Below are positions 14,590 through 26,495 of a stretch of DNA of 64,000 nucleotides, in pieces. The notes under the pieces are model-generated. The model had not been told where the DNA came from and searched no databases. It was given only the letters and a program-made list of their open reading frames with translations. Every line of letters starts with the position of its first letter. Within the stretch, counting starts at the first letter, position 1. Source of the stretch: Eledone cirrhosa (taxonomy: Eukaryota). The position numbers and the translations under genes were made by a program. The stretch is from assembly GCA_964016885.1 (NCBI GenBank), contig OZ024759.1:12400001-12464000 (forward strand). Direction: 5' to 3'.

Positions 14590-14830
14590 AATGAAGTATT
14601 TCCGTCGGAAAGGTACAGGAAAAAAGAGTGCTCTATGTAGGCTACAGAGCTTATTTGTTATGTAATAAACAACATAAGATAATTATTTCATTTACCAGTG
14701 GTTTCTTGAAGGCAGATGTTATGTATGTTGTTTATTCATTCTGACGACTGAAGACAGACATAACATCTGCCTTCAAGAAACCACTGGTAAATGAAATAAT
14801 TATCTTATGTTGTTTATTACATAACTAATA
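14590..14830 (+). mobile_element. family A fold-back element (68-bp inverted arms 14657-14724 / 14758-14825)
   Basis: Homologous sequence at 9706-9841 and 45463-45615 (minus); contains the hammerhead at 14735-14795. Confidence 0.65.
14735..14795 (+). ncRNA. type I hammerhead ribozyme motif (family A fold-back element)
   Basis: Helix I TTCATT/AATGAA; core CTGACGA (14741-47); helix II tgaagacaga/tctgccttca; GAAA (14777-80); helix III A-CC(ACT)GG-T; cleavage after A14789. C-A mismatch at the base of helix II. Confidence 0.7.
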
Positions 14831-14839
14831 AATAAATAA

Positions 14840-14884
<45 letters not shown>

Positions 14885-15559
14885 TAAATAGATAGATAGA
14901 TAGATAGATATCTTACTTTATTTGCCCCATAGTCAGTCGTCCCTTCCCATGTCCAAACTTTCTGTTCTACTTACCTCCCCATCTTTATACCCAATTTCTC
15001 TCTCATGTTAGCAACTTTATGGAATATATCCTGTAAATATAGTTTAATGTACTTTGATCTCCACTGTCACAATAAACTCTCCCTCTCTCTCTCTCCTGTC
15101 CCCTTTCTCTCTTTCTCTTTCTTTATCTCTCTCTCTCATCTCAACACCTCTCTCTCTCTCTCTAATATCTCACCACTTCTCTCTCTCTGTCTCTCTCATA
15201 TCTCACCCCCCCCCTTTCTCATATCTCACCTCTCTCTCTGTCTAATATCTCCCCCCCCCCTCTCTGTCTAATATCCCACCCCCTCTCTCTGTCTAATATC
15301 CCTCCTCTCTCTAATATCTTACCACTTCTCTCTCTCTCATATGTCACCTTTCTCTCTCACATCTCACCCCCCCCCCCTAATATCTCACCACCTCTCTCTA
15401 ATTGTACTTTGCCTCTCTAATAATTGTACTTTGATCTCTACTGTCACTTGAAAATATATTTTCTGTTATTCCCCCTCCCCCCCATTATCACTCTCTAATC
15501 TTTCCTCTCCTCTCTCTCACCTCTTCTACTATCTCCTAACTTTGGCCTCACCACAGCTA

Positions 15560-16540
15560 TATAATGTTTTAAATAGGTGGAGAGCGGCTGACAAAGGTCT
15601 TAATGAGTGATGCTAAGACAACCTCGGTCTTCTTGACAATTTTAGAGACGTGCTTTGTCCAACACAAATTGCTGCTGACAGTAATGCCCAGGTCATCTTC
15701 ACAAGAAGACTTCTTGAGATTGGTGTTGTGGAGGGAGTATGTGAAAGCTGGGTTTTTCCTCCCAGAATGCATGGTAATACACTTGTTCACAGCCAGCTTG
15801 AGTTGCCAGTCCATGGTCCATTGCTGCATTGTGTCCAGGTCTGATTGCTGCAAGCAAGATCTATAGTGTTCAGTATCTGTCTTTTTTATCTCAAGGTACA
15901 GCTTGACGTCGTCTGCATATTTCAGTAGTGTGGCATTCTTTATGTTGGCATCTATGTCATTAATATATGCCACAAACAAAAGGGGACCATGAACAGATCC
16001 CTTTGGTACAACAGATGTCATCTCATAGAGTGAATAATGCTGTCCTAGACCCGAACTACCTCTTTTCGACTGAGAATGAAGGACTTCAACCAGTTAAAAA
16101 GATCATCTCTCACACCCATTGCAGAGAGTTTTGCCATGAGTCTTTTGTGTGGCACAGAATTAAAAGCTTTAGCAAAGTCAAGATAAACATCCACCCATGA
16201 GCCGCCATCAGTGATTTGGGTAATGTCTTCAAGAAACTCGATGAGTTGATCACAGCAGCTGGAGTTAGGGATAAATCCAAATTGCAAGGGCCGGATAAGG
16301 CTGTGAGAGTTCCAGAAGTTCCAGAGTGTTTCTCTGACACAGGTCTCTATCACTTTGGTGATGTAGCTAGTAAGACTGACTGGACGATAGTTGACAGGCA
16401 ACGTGTGGTCAACCTTTTTGAACAGAGGAATGACACTGGCAGTTTTCCACTGTTCTGGAGTAGTACTGTTGTTAAGGGAGATTTGAAAGAAGAGTGGAGG
16501 CTGGTGCAGAAGAAAGTACCCATCACTTTCTGATAACATT
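15560..16540 (-). pseudogene. CR1/L2-type reverse transcriptase relic (frameshifted)
   Basis: WKTASVIPLFKK..NYRPVSLTS, QFGF, YLDFAKAFNSVPH, SVVPKGSVHGPLLF..YIND, KYADDVK. Confidence 0.88.
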
Positions 16541-16880
16541 TCCCCTTTATTTACCCCTTCCCCGCCCCGCCCCTCTCTCTTCTGTTTAACTCCTCCCCCG
16601 TCTTTCTATTTCTTATGGTTAGCTCCTCCTCTCTGTCTCGCTCATGTTAAGCTCCCCCCCCTCTGTCTTGTGTTTAGTTCCTCCCTTCCCCCTCTGTCTC
16701 TCTCATGTCTAGTCCCTCCCTCCCTCTCTCTCTCATGTTTAGTCCCCCACACTCTGTCTCTCTCATGTTTAGTTCCTCCCTCCCCCCTCTGTCTCTCTCT
16801 CATGTTTAGCCCCCTCCCCCCTCCCTCTCATAAACTTTATGTGGGGAGGGGGTCTCGGGTTGAAACTCCACCCATGTATG

Positions 16881-17937
16881 TATAACTTCAAAGTTATGAA
16901 TTCTTTTCCAACAGTTCATAACTTCAAAGTTATGAACTCTTTTCCAACAATTCATAACTTCAAAGTTATGAACTCTTTTCCAACAGTTCATAACTTCAAA
17001 GTTATGAACTCTTTTCCAACAATTCATAACTTCAAAGTTATGAACTCTTTTCCAACAGTTCATAACTTCAAAGTTATGAATTCTTTTCCAACAGTTCATA
17101 ACTTCAAAGTTATGAATTCTTTTCCAACAGTTCATAACTTCAAAGTTATGAATTCTTTTCCAACAATTCATAACTTCAAAGTTATGAACTCTTTTCCAAC
17201 AGTTCATAACTTCAAAGTTATGAATTCTTTTCCAACAGTTCATAACTTCAAAGTTATGAACTCTTTTCCAATAATTCATAACTTCAAAGTTATGAATTCT
17301 TTTCCAATAATTCATAACTTCAAAGTTATGAACTCTTTTCCAACAGTTCATAACTTCAAAGTTATGAATTCTTTTCCAACAGTTCATAACTTCAAAGTTA
17401 TGAATTCTTTTCCAACAGTTCATAACTTCAAAGTTATGAATTCTTTTCCAACAATTCATAACTTCAAAGTTATGAATTCTTTTCCAACAGTTCATAACTT
17501 CAAAGTTATGAATTCTTTTCCAACAGTTCATAACTTCAAAGTTATGAATTCTTTTCCAACAATTCATAACTTCAAAGTTATGAATTCTTTTCCAACAGTT
17601 CATAACTTCAAAGTTATGAACTCTTTTCCAACAGTTCATAACTTCAAAGTTATGAACTCTTTTCCAACAGTTCATAACTTCAAAGTTGTGAACTCTTTTC
17701 CAACAGTTCATAACTTCAAAGTTATGAATTCTTTTCCAATAATTCATAACTTCAAAGTTATGAACTCTTTTCCAACAGTTCATAACTTCAAAGTTATGAA
17801 CTCTTTTCCAACAGTTCATAACTTCAAAGTTATGAACTCTTTTCCAACAGTTCATAACTTCAAAGTTATGAACTCTTTTCCAACAGTTCATAACTTCAAA
17901 GTTGTGAACTCCTTTCTAACAGTTCATAACTTCAAAG
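16881..17937. repeat. 36-bp minisatellite (about 29 copies), each unit with a 12-bp palindromic stem
   Basis: agttcataactt-ca-aagttatgaact-cttttccaac. Confidence 0.95.
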
Positions 17938-18599
17938 CTAGATGGAGTTATTAGTTTATTGATGTGACATTTTAAAACAATTCAAATATATGTTGTTAAT
18001 AAATGTTTGTTTAAAAAAAATGGTCATTTTACTGGAAAAGAAAAACTGGCACAGCAACTGTAGCTGTGTAAAACATACATGGCCGTCAATAGGTTGATTA
18101 AATAAAGGAATTATGTTTTAATTAACTAATATTCCTAATGTGTTCTGTTTGTTTATTGTACAACCAGAAAGCTGTTTCCATCTATGAAACTACAACAAAA
18201 CTAAGAAAGAAAGACACCATTTCAAATCTTGGCTTTTATTTCATTACAAATATACTCTTTGATAATAAGATCAATGTTTATTATTGATCAAGGTGTTGGT
18301 TTGTCTCATTGAATGGGAACCAAGGTGTGGGTCCTGTGTAAATGACACACAAAAGACACACGGGATATGTTAAGCTGATCTTTCATTTCTTAAACCGTTT
18401 ATTTAATATCATTATTACTGCAAAGTAAAACTAGATTGTTGTGTGTGTGTATATATATATATATGTGTGTGTGTGTGTATATATATATGTGTATGTATAT
18501 ATATATATATATGTGTGTGTGTGTATATATACGTATGTATATATATATGTGTGTGTGTGTATATATATATATATGTATATATATGTGTATATATATATA

Positions 18600-18649
<50 letters not shown>

Positions 18650-18895
18650 CGTATGTATATATATATATACTCAGCTGTAGAAATGAGATGATAGGGACTG
18701 AGGTCCCTATCATTCCACTGCAAAGTGGTCGTGGAGGTGCCACGGGAAAAAAGCACCCAGCACTCACTGTAAATGAGGTTGGTGTTAGGAAGGGCATCCA
18801 GCTGTAGAAATCAAGCCAGAATCAGTTCCCGTCCCACCCTTGCAAGCAGGGAAAAGCGGACGTAAAATGAAATGATGATGAAATGATGATGTGTG

Positions 18896-19010
<115 letters not shown>

Positions 19011-19403
19011 ATGTATATATATATGTGCCTGATGGTAGCTAAAATGCTTTCATAGGCGGTATGCCGGTTGAGCACTCTATGCTCTTACAGAGCAGAGAAT
19101 GATATAATAGAAAATGAAAAATCACGTCTCAAGCTGTCCGCCAGCGAAACAATTGTAACATACATGTCTTGCTCACACAGAACAGATTCTGGCTTGGTTT
19201 CTACAGCTGGATGCCCTTCCTAACGCCAACCTCTTTTACAGTGAATACTGGGTGCTTTTCGTCGTGACACCCACATGACCACTTTACAGTGGGGACTCTC
19301 AGAGGCGGGTGAGCAGTGTGGCAACATGCTACTATGTCCGTCTCAGTGTCAGGAGCATAGCACACACTTTTCCCTCTTTGTTTTTCTTTGCTTGTTTCCT
19401 TAA

Positions 19404-19828
19404 CCCTTTAGTATTCACATTACTCTATAAATACTATTGTATTTTCATGGTAAAGACTTTACCTCACATAATTACCTCACATAACATTTACATTACTCTA
19501 TATATACTATTGTATTTTCATGGTAAAGACTTTACCTCACATAATTACCTCACATAACATTTACATTACTCTATATATACTATTGTATTTTCATGGTAAA
19601 GACTTTACCTCACATAATTACCTCACATAACATTTACATTACTCTATATATACTATTGTATTTTCATGGTAAAGACTTTACCTGACATAATTATCTCACG
19701 TAATATCGAATCTATGAGATTTTGAAAGTATTTATTTTGAGAACAATACCTTAACATCAGTTTGAGTGACCAGTTACAGCCAGTTCAAGAGAAAAAGGTA
19801 GAGAATGGCCGGTTTGAACATTAAAGGG
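19404..19828 (+). mobile_element. same TTAA MITE with an internal 73-bp tandem expansion
   Basis: TTAA-CCCTTT...AAAGGG-TTAA; about 4 copies of cattactcta...acataacattta. Confidence 0.8.
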
Positions 19829-19874
19829 TTAAAGCTTACCATCATTCCATTGGTATAAATCTATTACACAATTT

Positions 19875-19932
19875 ACACCTGATGAGGTCACCGGATTCTT
19901 ACACAAACTGGCCACTGAAATCTGCATAGTGT
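19875..19932 (+). ncRNA. degenerate type I hammerhead motif
   Basis: ACAC CTGATGA ggtcaccgg...ctggccact GAAA tctgca TA GTGT. Helix II is imperfect. Confidence 0.5.
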
Positions 19933-19994
19933 TTACAGTAATAAAGAATTAAGGAACTTCAACATATTTGGCCTCCTGTCATTTCACTTTATAA

Positions 19995-20446
19995 TACAAG
20001 CTAAAACTGGAAATATTCCAAGCAACCATTAAGCCCATATTACTTTATGGATCCGAAACCTGGACACTAACGTCACAACTTGAGAGGAGATTGGATGGCA
20101 CATATAACCGCCTCTTAATGAGAGTGCAAAACCTATCCTGGAAACGACATCCCACCTTGTCTAAAATCTATGGCAAACTCCCTCGAGCCTCTGCCCTTCT
20201 AAAATCCCGGAGAGCTCAATTTGCTGGCCACTGTCACCGTGCCAGCAATGAAATCATATCCGCTCTCTTGCTCTGGAACCCTGACTCCAGCCTGACTTGG
20301 AGTAGGAAGCTGTCATTCCCTGACGTTATCTCTAGGGATACGGGAATCAGCAGACGGGACCTGGGGGCAGCGATGGGGGACAGGGGATTCTGGGGCATGA
20401 GAGTGAGATCCATCATCTCGACAGTAGTCGACGAGTGATGATGATG
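19995..20446 (+). pseudogene. RTE-like LINE C-terminal/3' end relic
   Basis: KPILLYGSETWTLT...LDGTYNRLLMRVQNLSWK...RRAQFAGHCHR; ends in (TGA)n. Confidence 0.75.
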
Positions 20447-21142
20447 ATTATAATACATTTACTCTGTTCCTGCACCACCACCATGATTCAACATTGAAGA
20501 TGGATGAGTTGCATAACGTTGAGTGCTTTTCTCATGTTACGTCATGGCTAACATTGCAGAATGACCAGAGTGGATACAGAATTGGATTCATAATGGTCAG
20601 GTTGTAATTTCGATTCCCAGACCAGGCGATGCGTTATGTCCTTGAGCAAGACACTTTATTTCACGTTGCTCCTTCTGCCTTGATTTGTGATTGGTAGATA
20701 GTATTAGCAATTGGAAAGACCGATGGAAACACTGTTTCCTCGGTCCGATTTGATGAGCTTCACCCCACACATTATGTGGTCTTGGATCTTGTCGATCAAC
20801 TGTTGATATATCATACACTATATAATTTAGTTGTGTCAAGGACATGGCAACCTCCCCAGTGCTGGTGATCTATACAATAAAAGCACCCAGTATTTGCTGT
20901 AAAATGGTTGGTGTTCGGAAAGGTATCCAGCTGTAGACAGCTTGCCAAATGTGGGGTTAGGGAAATCTTTCAGTTTGTGTCAAAAAAGACTACAACTTCT
21001 CCCCTGCACTTGATATAACTGTATGTAAATGAGATACAGACCTCCTCAGCCTGTCTGGGAGATCAATAGCTCAACTTCAGTACTGATGTTGTCTATGCAG
21101 AGCCCTTTAACATTTATATTTCTCAATATATACTATAGTATA

Positions 21143-21329
21143 AGGCGGTGGATTGGCAGTATCGGTAGAGAGTCGGACGCCATGCTTTCCAGCATAGTTA
21201 CGTCCCTTTACGATCTGAGTTCAAATCCCGCCGAGGTTGACTTTGCCTTTCATCCTTACGGGGTCGATAAAATAAAGTACCAGTAATGAACTGGGGTAAT
21301 TGCTGGCCTTGTGCCTAAAGTAGACACAA
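21143..21329 (+). mobile_element. tRNA-derived SINE family 1
   Basis: A-box-like tggcagtatcggtaga and B-box gagttcaaatcc; body ...gataaaataaagtaccagt. Other copies at 21512-21700(-), 26392-26770(-), 30865-31080(-), 31654-31843(-), 36993-37087(-, partial) and 43695-43918(+). Confidence 0.75.
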
Positions 21330-21998
21330 ATATATACTATAATATTTTCATGGTAAACACTTTATCTCACATAATATCGAATCTATGAGATTTTGATATT
21401 AGTTATTTTGAGAACAATATGTTAACATAATTATGAGCCGCCAGTTTGAACAGAAAGAGGTGAGAGAATTCTGGCCAGATACGGCCAGTTTGAATGCTAA
21501 AGGGTTGAATAATTGTTTCTACTTTTGGCACAAGGCCAGCAATTACCCCAGTGTATTACTGGTGCTTTATTTTATTGACCCCGTAAGGATGAAAGACAAA
21601 GTTAACCTGGGTGGGATTTGCACTCAGAACGCAAAGGGCCATAACTCTATGCTGCAAAGCATGGTGTCTGCTGCTCTACCGATACTGCCAACCCACCGTT
21701 AAATAATGATATCAAGCTCTCAAGAGGTGAGATATAATTTGAACCAATTAACAGATTAAAAGAATGATAGATATAAAGAAGCTATTCCACATCGTATTTT
21801 TATAAACTTTACTTATTATTTTTTCTCTCTTTTCAGGTGATATATCATCATCATCAGCACCATCAGTCGTCATTTTACATTTCATCCTATGGGCTGGACA
21901 TCATCAAAATATGAGGAACAAACAATTTAAGGAATAAGGCTGAGTTTATATTTACGGTAAAGAATCAATTTTGGCACACAAAAAAAAAGAGAAAAGAA

Positions 21999-23066
21999 AT
22001 GCGTTGTTACAGTCAAAAATTCGTTAAAAACATTTTGCTGTGTTCTTTTATAGCTTTTCTTGTAATATTACTGTATTTTTTCAGTTTTCCGGAAAATTCT
22101 GATACAGAACTGGTTATTGGGTGGGACACAAATAAAAACCTTGCTGATATAGGTTTAACACAACTGTTGAAGTTTTTCAACTTACACATGGAAGAAAATG
22201 GTCAGCTACTAAACTCTGATGATCGTTGGGACACTTCTCTACATCATATTCAAGATCTAGAACCTCTTCTGAGTCAAAGGAAATATTGTAAAATATGGAG
22301 AAATTTGGAAAAACCCAGTCATAATTTCTCGTGTGTCAAATACAATATTTTCCGAGGAGAAATCCCAATTTGTACATACAGCAACAAAGAAGACAATTAT
22401 ATTTCATCTTCGATTCAGGATAGTCAGACCTGGGAACCAGATTCAGTGGCTGAAATTGGTAGGCTTCTGCTTCAAGAACAGGATGCCCAGTTTGTAGACA
22501 TCGGCGCTAATATCGGTGTGTTTGCTATTTATGTCGCTGCATTGGGAAGAAAAGTTGTGGCAGTTGAACCTCTCGGAAGCAACCTGGAACGTTTGCACAA
22601 ATCCCTGCAGTTGTCAAATTTACTGCAGAATGTTATCTTGGTGCAAAACGCTATTTCCGATGAACGGAAAGAAGCAATGCTGGAGATCCCTCGTGGAAAT
22701 ATCGGTGGTGCCTATCTCAGAAGTAACCAGACACATGAAATTGATACAATGTCAGTTAAGGTTCAAACAGTTTTACTGAGCGACCTTCTTGAAGTTATCG
22801 ACTTCAACACAGCGATTTTGAAGATAGATGCTGAAGGGCACGAGTTAAACATACTGAAAGGTGCCTCTGAATTCTTTCAGGTTTTAAATGTCAAGTATAT
22901 ACTGATGGAATGGCTACAGCACCGAATGAAGAGAGAAGGACTACAAATTATAAATATTTTACTTAACAAAGGCTTTCTGCCCTCCACCAATGTAACACTG
23001 AGGACAGTTCTCAACCCAGCTACTTACAATTTATGGCCTGATAATATATATTGGATGAAGAGGTGA
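21999..23066 (+). CDS. FkbM-family (Methyltransf_21) SAM-dependent methyltransferase with N-terminal signal-anchor; intronless CDS, 355 aa
   Basis: Motif I FVDIGANIG, motif II VVAVEP and FkbM signature ILKIDAEGHELNILKGA. Hydrophobic stretch ILLCSFIAFLVILLYFF follows a short basic N-terminus. A strong splice acceptor (ttttttctctcttttcAG, ending 21836) implies an upstream non-coding exon. Confidence 0.9.
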   Translation: MRCYSQKFVKNILLCSFIAFLVILLYFFSFPENSDTELVIGWDTNKNLADIGLTQLLKFFNLHMEENGQLLNSDDRWDTSLHHIQDLEPLLSQRKYCKIWRNLEKPSHNFSCVKYNIFRGEIPICTYSNKEDNYISSSIQDSQTWEPDSVAEIGRLLLQEQDAQFVDIGANIGVFAIYVAALGRKVVAVEPLGSNLERLHKSLQLSNLLQNVILVQNAISDERKEAMLEIPRGNIGGAYLRSNQTHEIDTMSVKVQTVLLSDLLEVIDFNTAILKIDAEGHELNILKGASEFFQVLNVKYILMEWLQHRMKREGLQIINILLNKGFLPSTNVTLRTVLNPATYNLWPDNIYWMKR

Positions 23067-23339
23067 TGTAATACTAATACATCATCATTTTACTTTAGTT
23101 TTCACTGCTTGCAAGGGTGAGACTGGTCCTTTTCAACACAGCATCTCTCCTTTTGTCACTGTCCTTCGTCATCTCCTCTGTGAGCTTCAACAATCTGAGG
23201 TCAGCTCTGCCCATATCTTCCGTGGTCTTCCGCTACTGCTTCTTCCTTCCACTGGGATTACTTGGCACTTTGTCACCCAGCAGTCATCTTCACACACATC
23301 CTGTAGGGCTTTCCTAAACCTATATTTAAGTGAAAGGTC

Positions 23340-23815
23340 CTTTAGCTTCCAGACTTTCCTGTGTGTCTCATTCTGTCTCTTGCTTATTGAGATGTCACTA
23401 ATAACTCACCTATGTTAGGGGGTGCATTCTTCCACAGGGTATGCCTTAGTATTTGCAACCATCTGCCTCTCTCATTGCTTAACTAGCAAGAAGTCAATTT
23501 GGCTTATGTGCTTGCCTGATTGGTAGGTGATTGGCTGATTGGAAGGTTTCCTGAAGTTAGTGTTTCAAAGGGTTAGTTCACTTGCATCACAAAATTCAAG
23601 AGGCCTCACTCCTTCTTTGTTTCTTGAGCCATAACGATAACCACCGTGTACCCCAGTGTATCCATCCTGGAGCTGTCCAACATGACCATTGAAGTCACCT
23701 GCTAGTATGACAGGGTCTCTGTCCTCTGTCATTATGGTTGTCTGTAGAAGTTACCCGTAAAAGCAGCCCTTCTCTTCTTTACCTAGACCCACTTGAGGAG
23801 CATAGGTAGAGATAT
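23340..23815 (-). pseudogene. RTE-type AP-endonuclease relic
   Basis: Minus strand ISTYAPQVGL...LAGDFNGHVG...GVHGGYRYGSRNKEG..LEFC...TNFRK...TYQSG...QIDFLL, with stops. Confidence 0.75.
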
Positions 23816-23859
23816 GTCACTTTATATTGTGTATATATACTTGTGTGTGTGTGTATCAT

Positions 23860-24194
23860 CATTTCATTTCATTTTATGTCCGCTTTTTCCCTGCTTGCAA
23901 GGGTGGGACGGGAACTGATTCTGGCTTGATTTCTACAGCTGGATGCCCTTCCTAACACCAACCTCATTTACAGTGGGTGCTGGGTGCTTTTTGCCGTGGC
24001 ACCTACACGACCACTTTGCAGTGGAATGATATGGACCCCAGTCCCTATCATCTCATTCCTACAGCTGAGTAAACTGGAGCAATGTGAAATAAAGTGTCTT
24101 GCTCAAGGAAACAACACATCACCCGGTCTGAGAATTGAACTCACAACCTTTCGATTACAAGGCCAATGCTCTAACCACTAAGCCATGTGCCTCC
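23860..24194 (-). mobile_element. tRNA-derived SINE family 2, full length
   Basis: Reverse complement of the 45844 head plus the 54120-54290 body, with a (TGA)n-type tail. Confidence 0.7.
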
Positions 24195-24309
24195 ATATAT
24201 ATATATATATACACTGGATGAAAAGGTGATGTAGTCCTAATATATATCACTTTAAATTGTATATATATTTGTAGGTGTGTATATATATATAAACATACAT
24301 ACACTCATA

Positions 24310-24462
24310 TCGTATTTCCCGGCGCCGAAGACACTTCGTTCTCAAGGACGCACCCTAATTTTGAAAAAAAATAATAAACAACCTCCGGCCTCCAAGACCC
24401 ATGGTAGATTTTTGAGACTTATTTTAGGAAAAAAGTAGAGTCTTTGATACCAGGAAATACAG
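24310..24462. mobile_element. Tc1/pogo-like MITE
   Basis: cgtatttcccggcgccgaagac / gtctttgataccaggaaatacag imperfect TIRs, TA-flanked. Confidence 0.55.
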
Positions 24463-24469
24463 TATATAC

Positions 24470-24985
24470 ATCATCATCATGCTTGCATGGGTTGAACGGG
24501 TCCTTCTCAGCATAGCATCTCTCCCCTTGTTGCATTCCTTTGTCATATCTGCCAGTCTTAGTGATTTGAGGTCAGCTCTCACAACCACAACCCAGGTCTT
24601 TCTTGGTCGTCCTCTACTGCGGTTTACTTCCACTGGGATTTATGGCACTTCTTCTCCCATCGGTCATTGTCCATACCAATGCAGTCTTCTCTCCTGCACA
24701 CTATCTCAGCTTCTCTCACAGCTCGTCCAAGCTCTGCCTTTCTCTCACATTTACATTTCACATCCTCTGCAGTCAAAGCCAATGTTTCACTACCATGCAG
24801 CATAGTGCACAGGTGTCATATACCCTTCCTTTTGTTGTCAGTATTGGGAGTGGTTCTCTTAAACTACTTCCATCCCATCCTTATTCTAGCTATTATAATC
24901 TTGGTGCGCCCTCCTCTGCTGCTAATTAGGTCACCTAGATAGCAGAAGCTATCAACTACATGTATGGATCCTTCATTTGACTGGG
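24470..24985 (-). pseudogene. RTE-like LINE 3' relic (a related shorter piece lies at about 23080-23300)
   Basis: VVDSFCYLGDLISS...ARIRMGWK and RSRGRPRKTW..VVRADLK; (ATG)n tail. Confidence 0.65.
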
Positions 24986-25326
24986 CACTCTTCCTCGTGA
25001 TTTCTAATAACAAAAATAACACCATCACTTCCACCATTAATAAAAACAACAGCAATACCAACAGATGAGGTACATCATAGCCCCTGTGTCAAAGAGGCAA
25101 CTATATATATATATATATTTGTTACTATATAAAATTATGTTAGAAGACCTTAATTTAAATAGGAACTTTTTAAAATGTATGGTTTTATTTAACAGAACCA
25201 ATTAGAGTTGGTTTTGACTGGGTTGCAGTATCAAAAGGGTTAATTCTACACACCTACCCCCATAACAAATGAAACAAAATGAAGAAAAACAACAAAAACA
25301 CCAACGTCATAACTAAGTATAGTACT

Positions 25327-25336
25327 TTTATTTATT
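25327..25336 (-). other. candidate polyadenylation signals (overlapping AATAAA) for the TMEM39 3' UTR
   Basis: TTTATT twice on the + strand, about 500 nt downstream of the stop in non-repetitive AT-rich sequence. AATAAA is common by chance in this composition. Confidence 0.3.
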
Positions 25337-25826
25337 TCTTCATAAAAGAAGTATTAAAAAATATAAATATTTTGGTCCCTATATCACATTATTATTTTGT
25401 TTTTATAGCAGAGCAGGAAGAAAGGACAAGTTAAGGTACTGTTGTTTCATATTTAACAATAATATGACAATACAGATTCCTTATATATAATAAGCTCTTT
25501 TTTAAAAAAAAAAGAAGCACCCATTTCTTTGAAAAATGGACTTTAAAAAATTCTCTTTGGCAGAGAGATTTTTAAATTTGGGAGAAGAAAAATAAAATAA
25601 TATACACTCCAAAAATTAATTTGGGAAATATTTCCGCTGCTGGAATTTTTTTCTTCCTTTAAACAGCTTATTTAATAACCAATGGGGTGAAGGGTGAGAG
25701 GAAGACTGAGACAGAGAAAGGATTTTAATTTATGACTGGCCAATGTTTAATGGTAATGAAACATTTTTTCATATTATATTATAATATCACTTTCCAAAAA
25801 GATTTCTGTGTAAAGTTGAGAGTTGA

Positions 25827-26057
25827 TCAGTGAGAGTTATCGCCCTTCTCTTCCTCGTCTTTGTATGTGCTGGTGAGTATGACCCGGTCACGGAACAGTT
25901 TGAATAAGGTGTAGTCACAGCAAAACAGCATCAACGCCAGAGATACTATGTGGTTCCACTCTGTACAGAGTAGAAGCCGTACAAACTGGTAGATCACCAA
26001 AGTGAAAGATAGAAACAGCAAATAGTTGGTAATTCTTAACGGCCAGTGGAATAGAAA
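25827..26057 (-). CDS. TMEM39A: TMEM39 terminal coding exon (stop TGA at 25829-25827)
   Basis: FLFHWPLRITNYLL...YQFVRLLLCTEWNHIVSLALMLFCCDYTLFKLFRDRVIL resembles the TMEM39 C-terminus (FLFHRPLR...[29 protein letters not shown]). Acceptor ttgttccAG, phase 0; 231 nt. Confidence 0.93.
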   Translation of the reverse strand, partial: FLFHWPLRITNYLLFLSFTLVIYQFVRLLLCTEWNHIVSLALMLFCCDYTLFKLFRDRVILTSTYKDEEEKGDNSH

Positions 26058-26495
26058 CTGGAACAAAAGAAATATGAAAATATTGATAAGAAACTGGACA
26101 GTAGGTTTTCAGGGAAGAAACCCCCTCTCAAGCTAGGTTTTCAGCCCTTTATATATATATATATCTTGTCTGGATGCAGGCGATGCATTTCCAGTTTCCA
26201 TCCGATTTTGTTCAAATTTGATACATAGGTTATTTATCTCCCAGAGCATGTCAACATATAATTTAAATCTTTCTCTCCCCTAAAATAGCAGAGTTCTCTG
26301 GGGCTATTTAAAAACGGCCCCGTTGTGGAGAGAGGGAGAAGGGATCTTTATTTACAGTGGTGAAAGGGGGATGCAGTCTTACAAAAAATGGTATAGTTTA
26401 GACACAAAGCCAGGAATTTGGAGAAAGGGGGAAGTCAATTATATCAACTCGCCCCAGTACTTAACTGGTACTTTATTTCATCGATCCTGAATTAA

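Noticed and set aside
16806-17954. CRISPR-like 36-bp palindromic repeats and 12-aa repeat proteins
   Set aside because: No unique spacers, no cas genes, eukaryotic context; the ORFs arise from the 36-bp period.
18168-18292. Candidate 5' UTR exon for the methyltransferase (acceptor ...caaccAG)
   Set aside because: The donor (AAG|GTGTTG) is weak and there is no transcript evidence.
19025-19163. CTGATGG ... GAAA-CAATTG-TA hammerhead-like halves
   Set aside because: A9 is mutated, the halves are about 110 nt apart with no clear helix II, and helix I is out of register; too degenerate to call.
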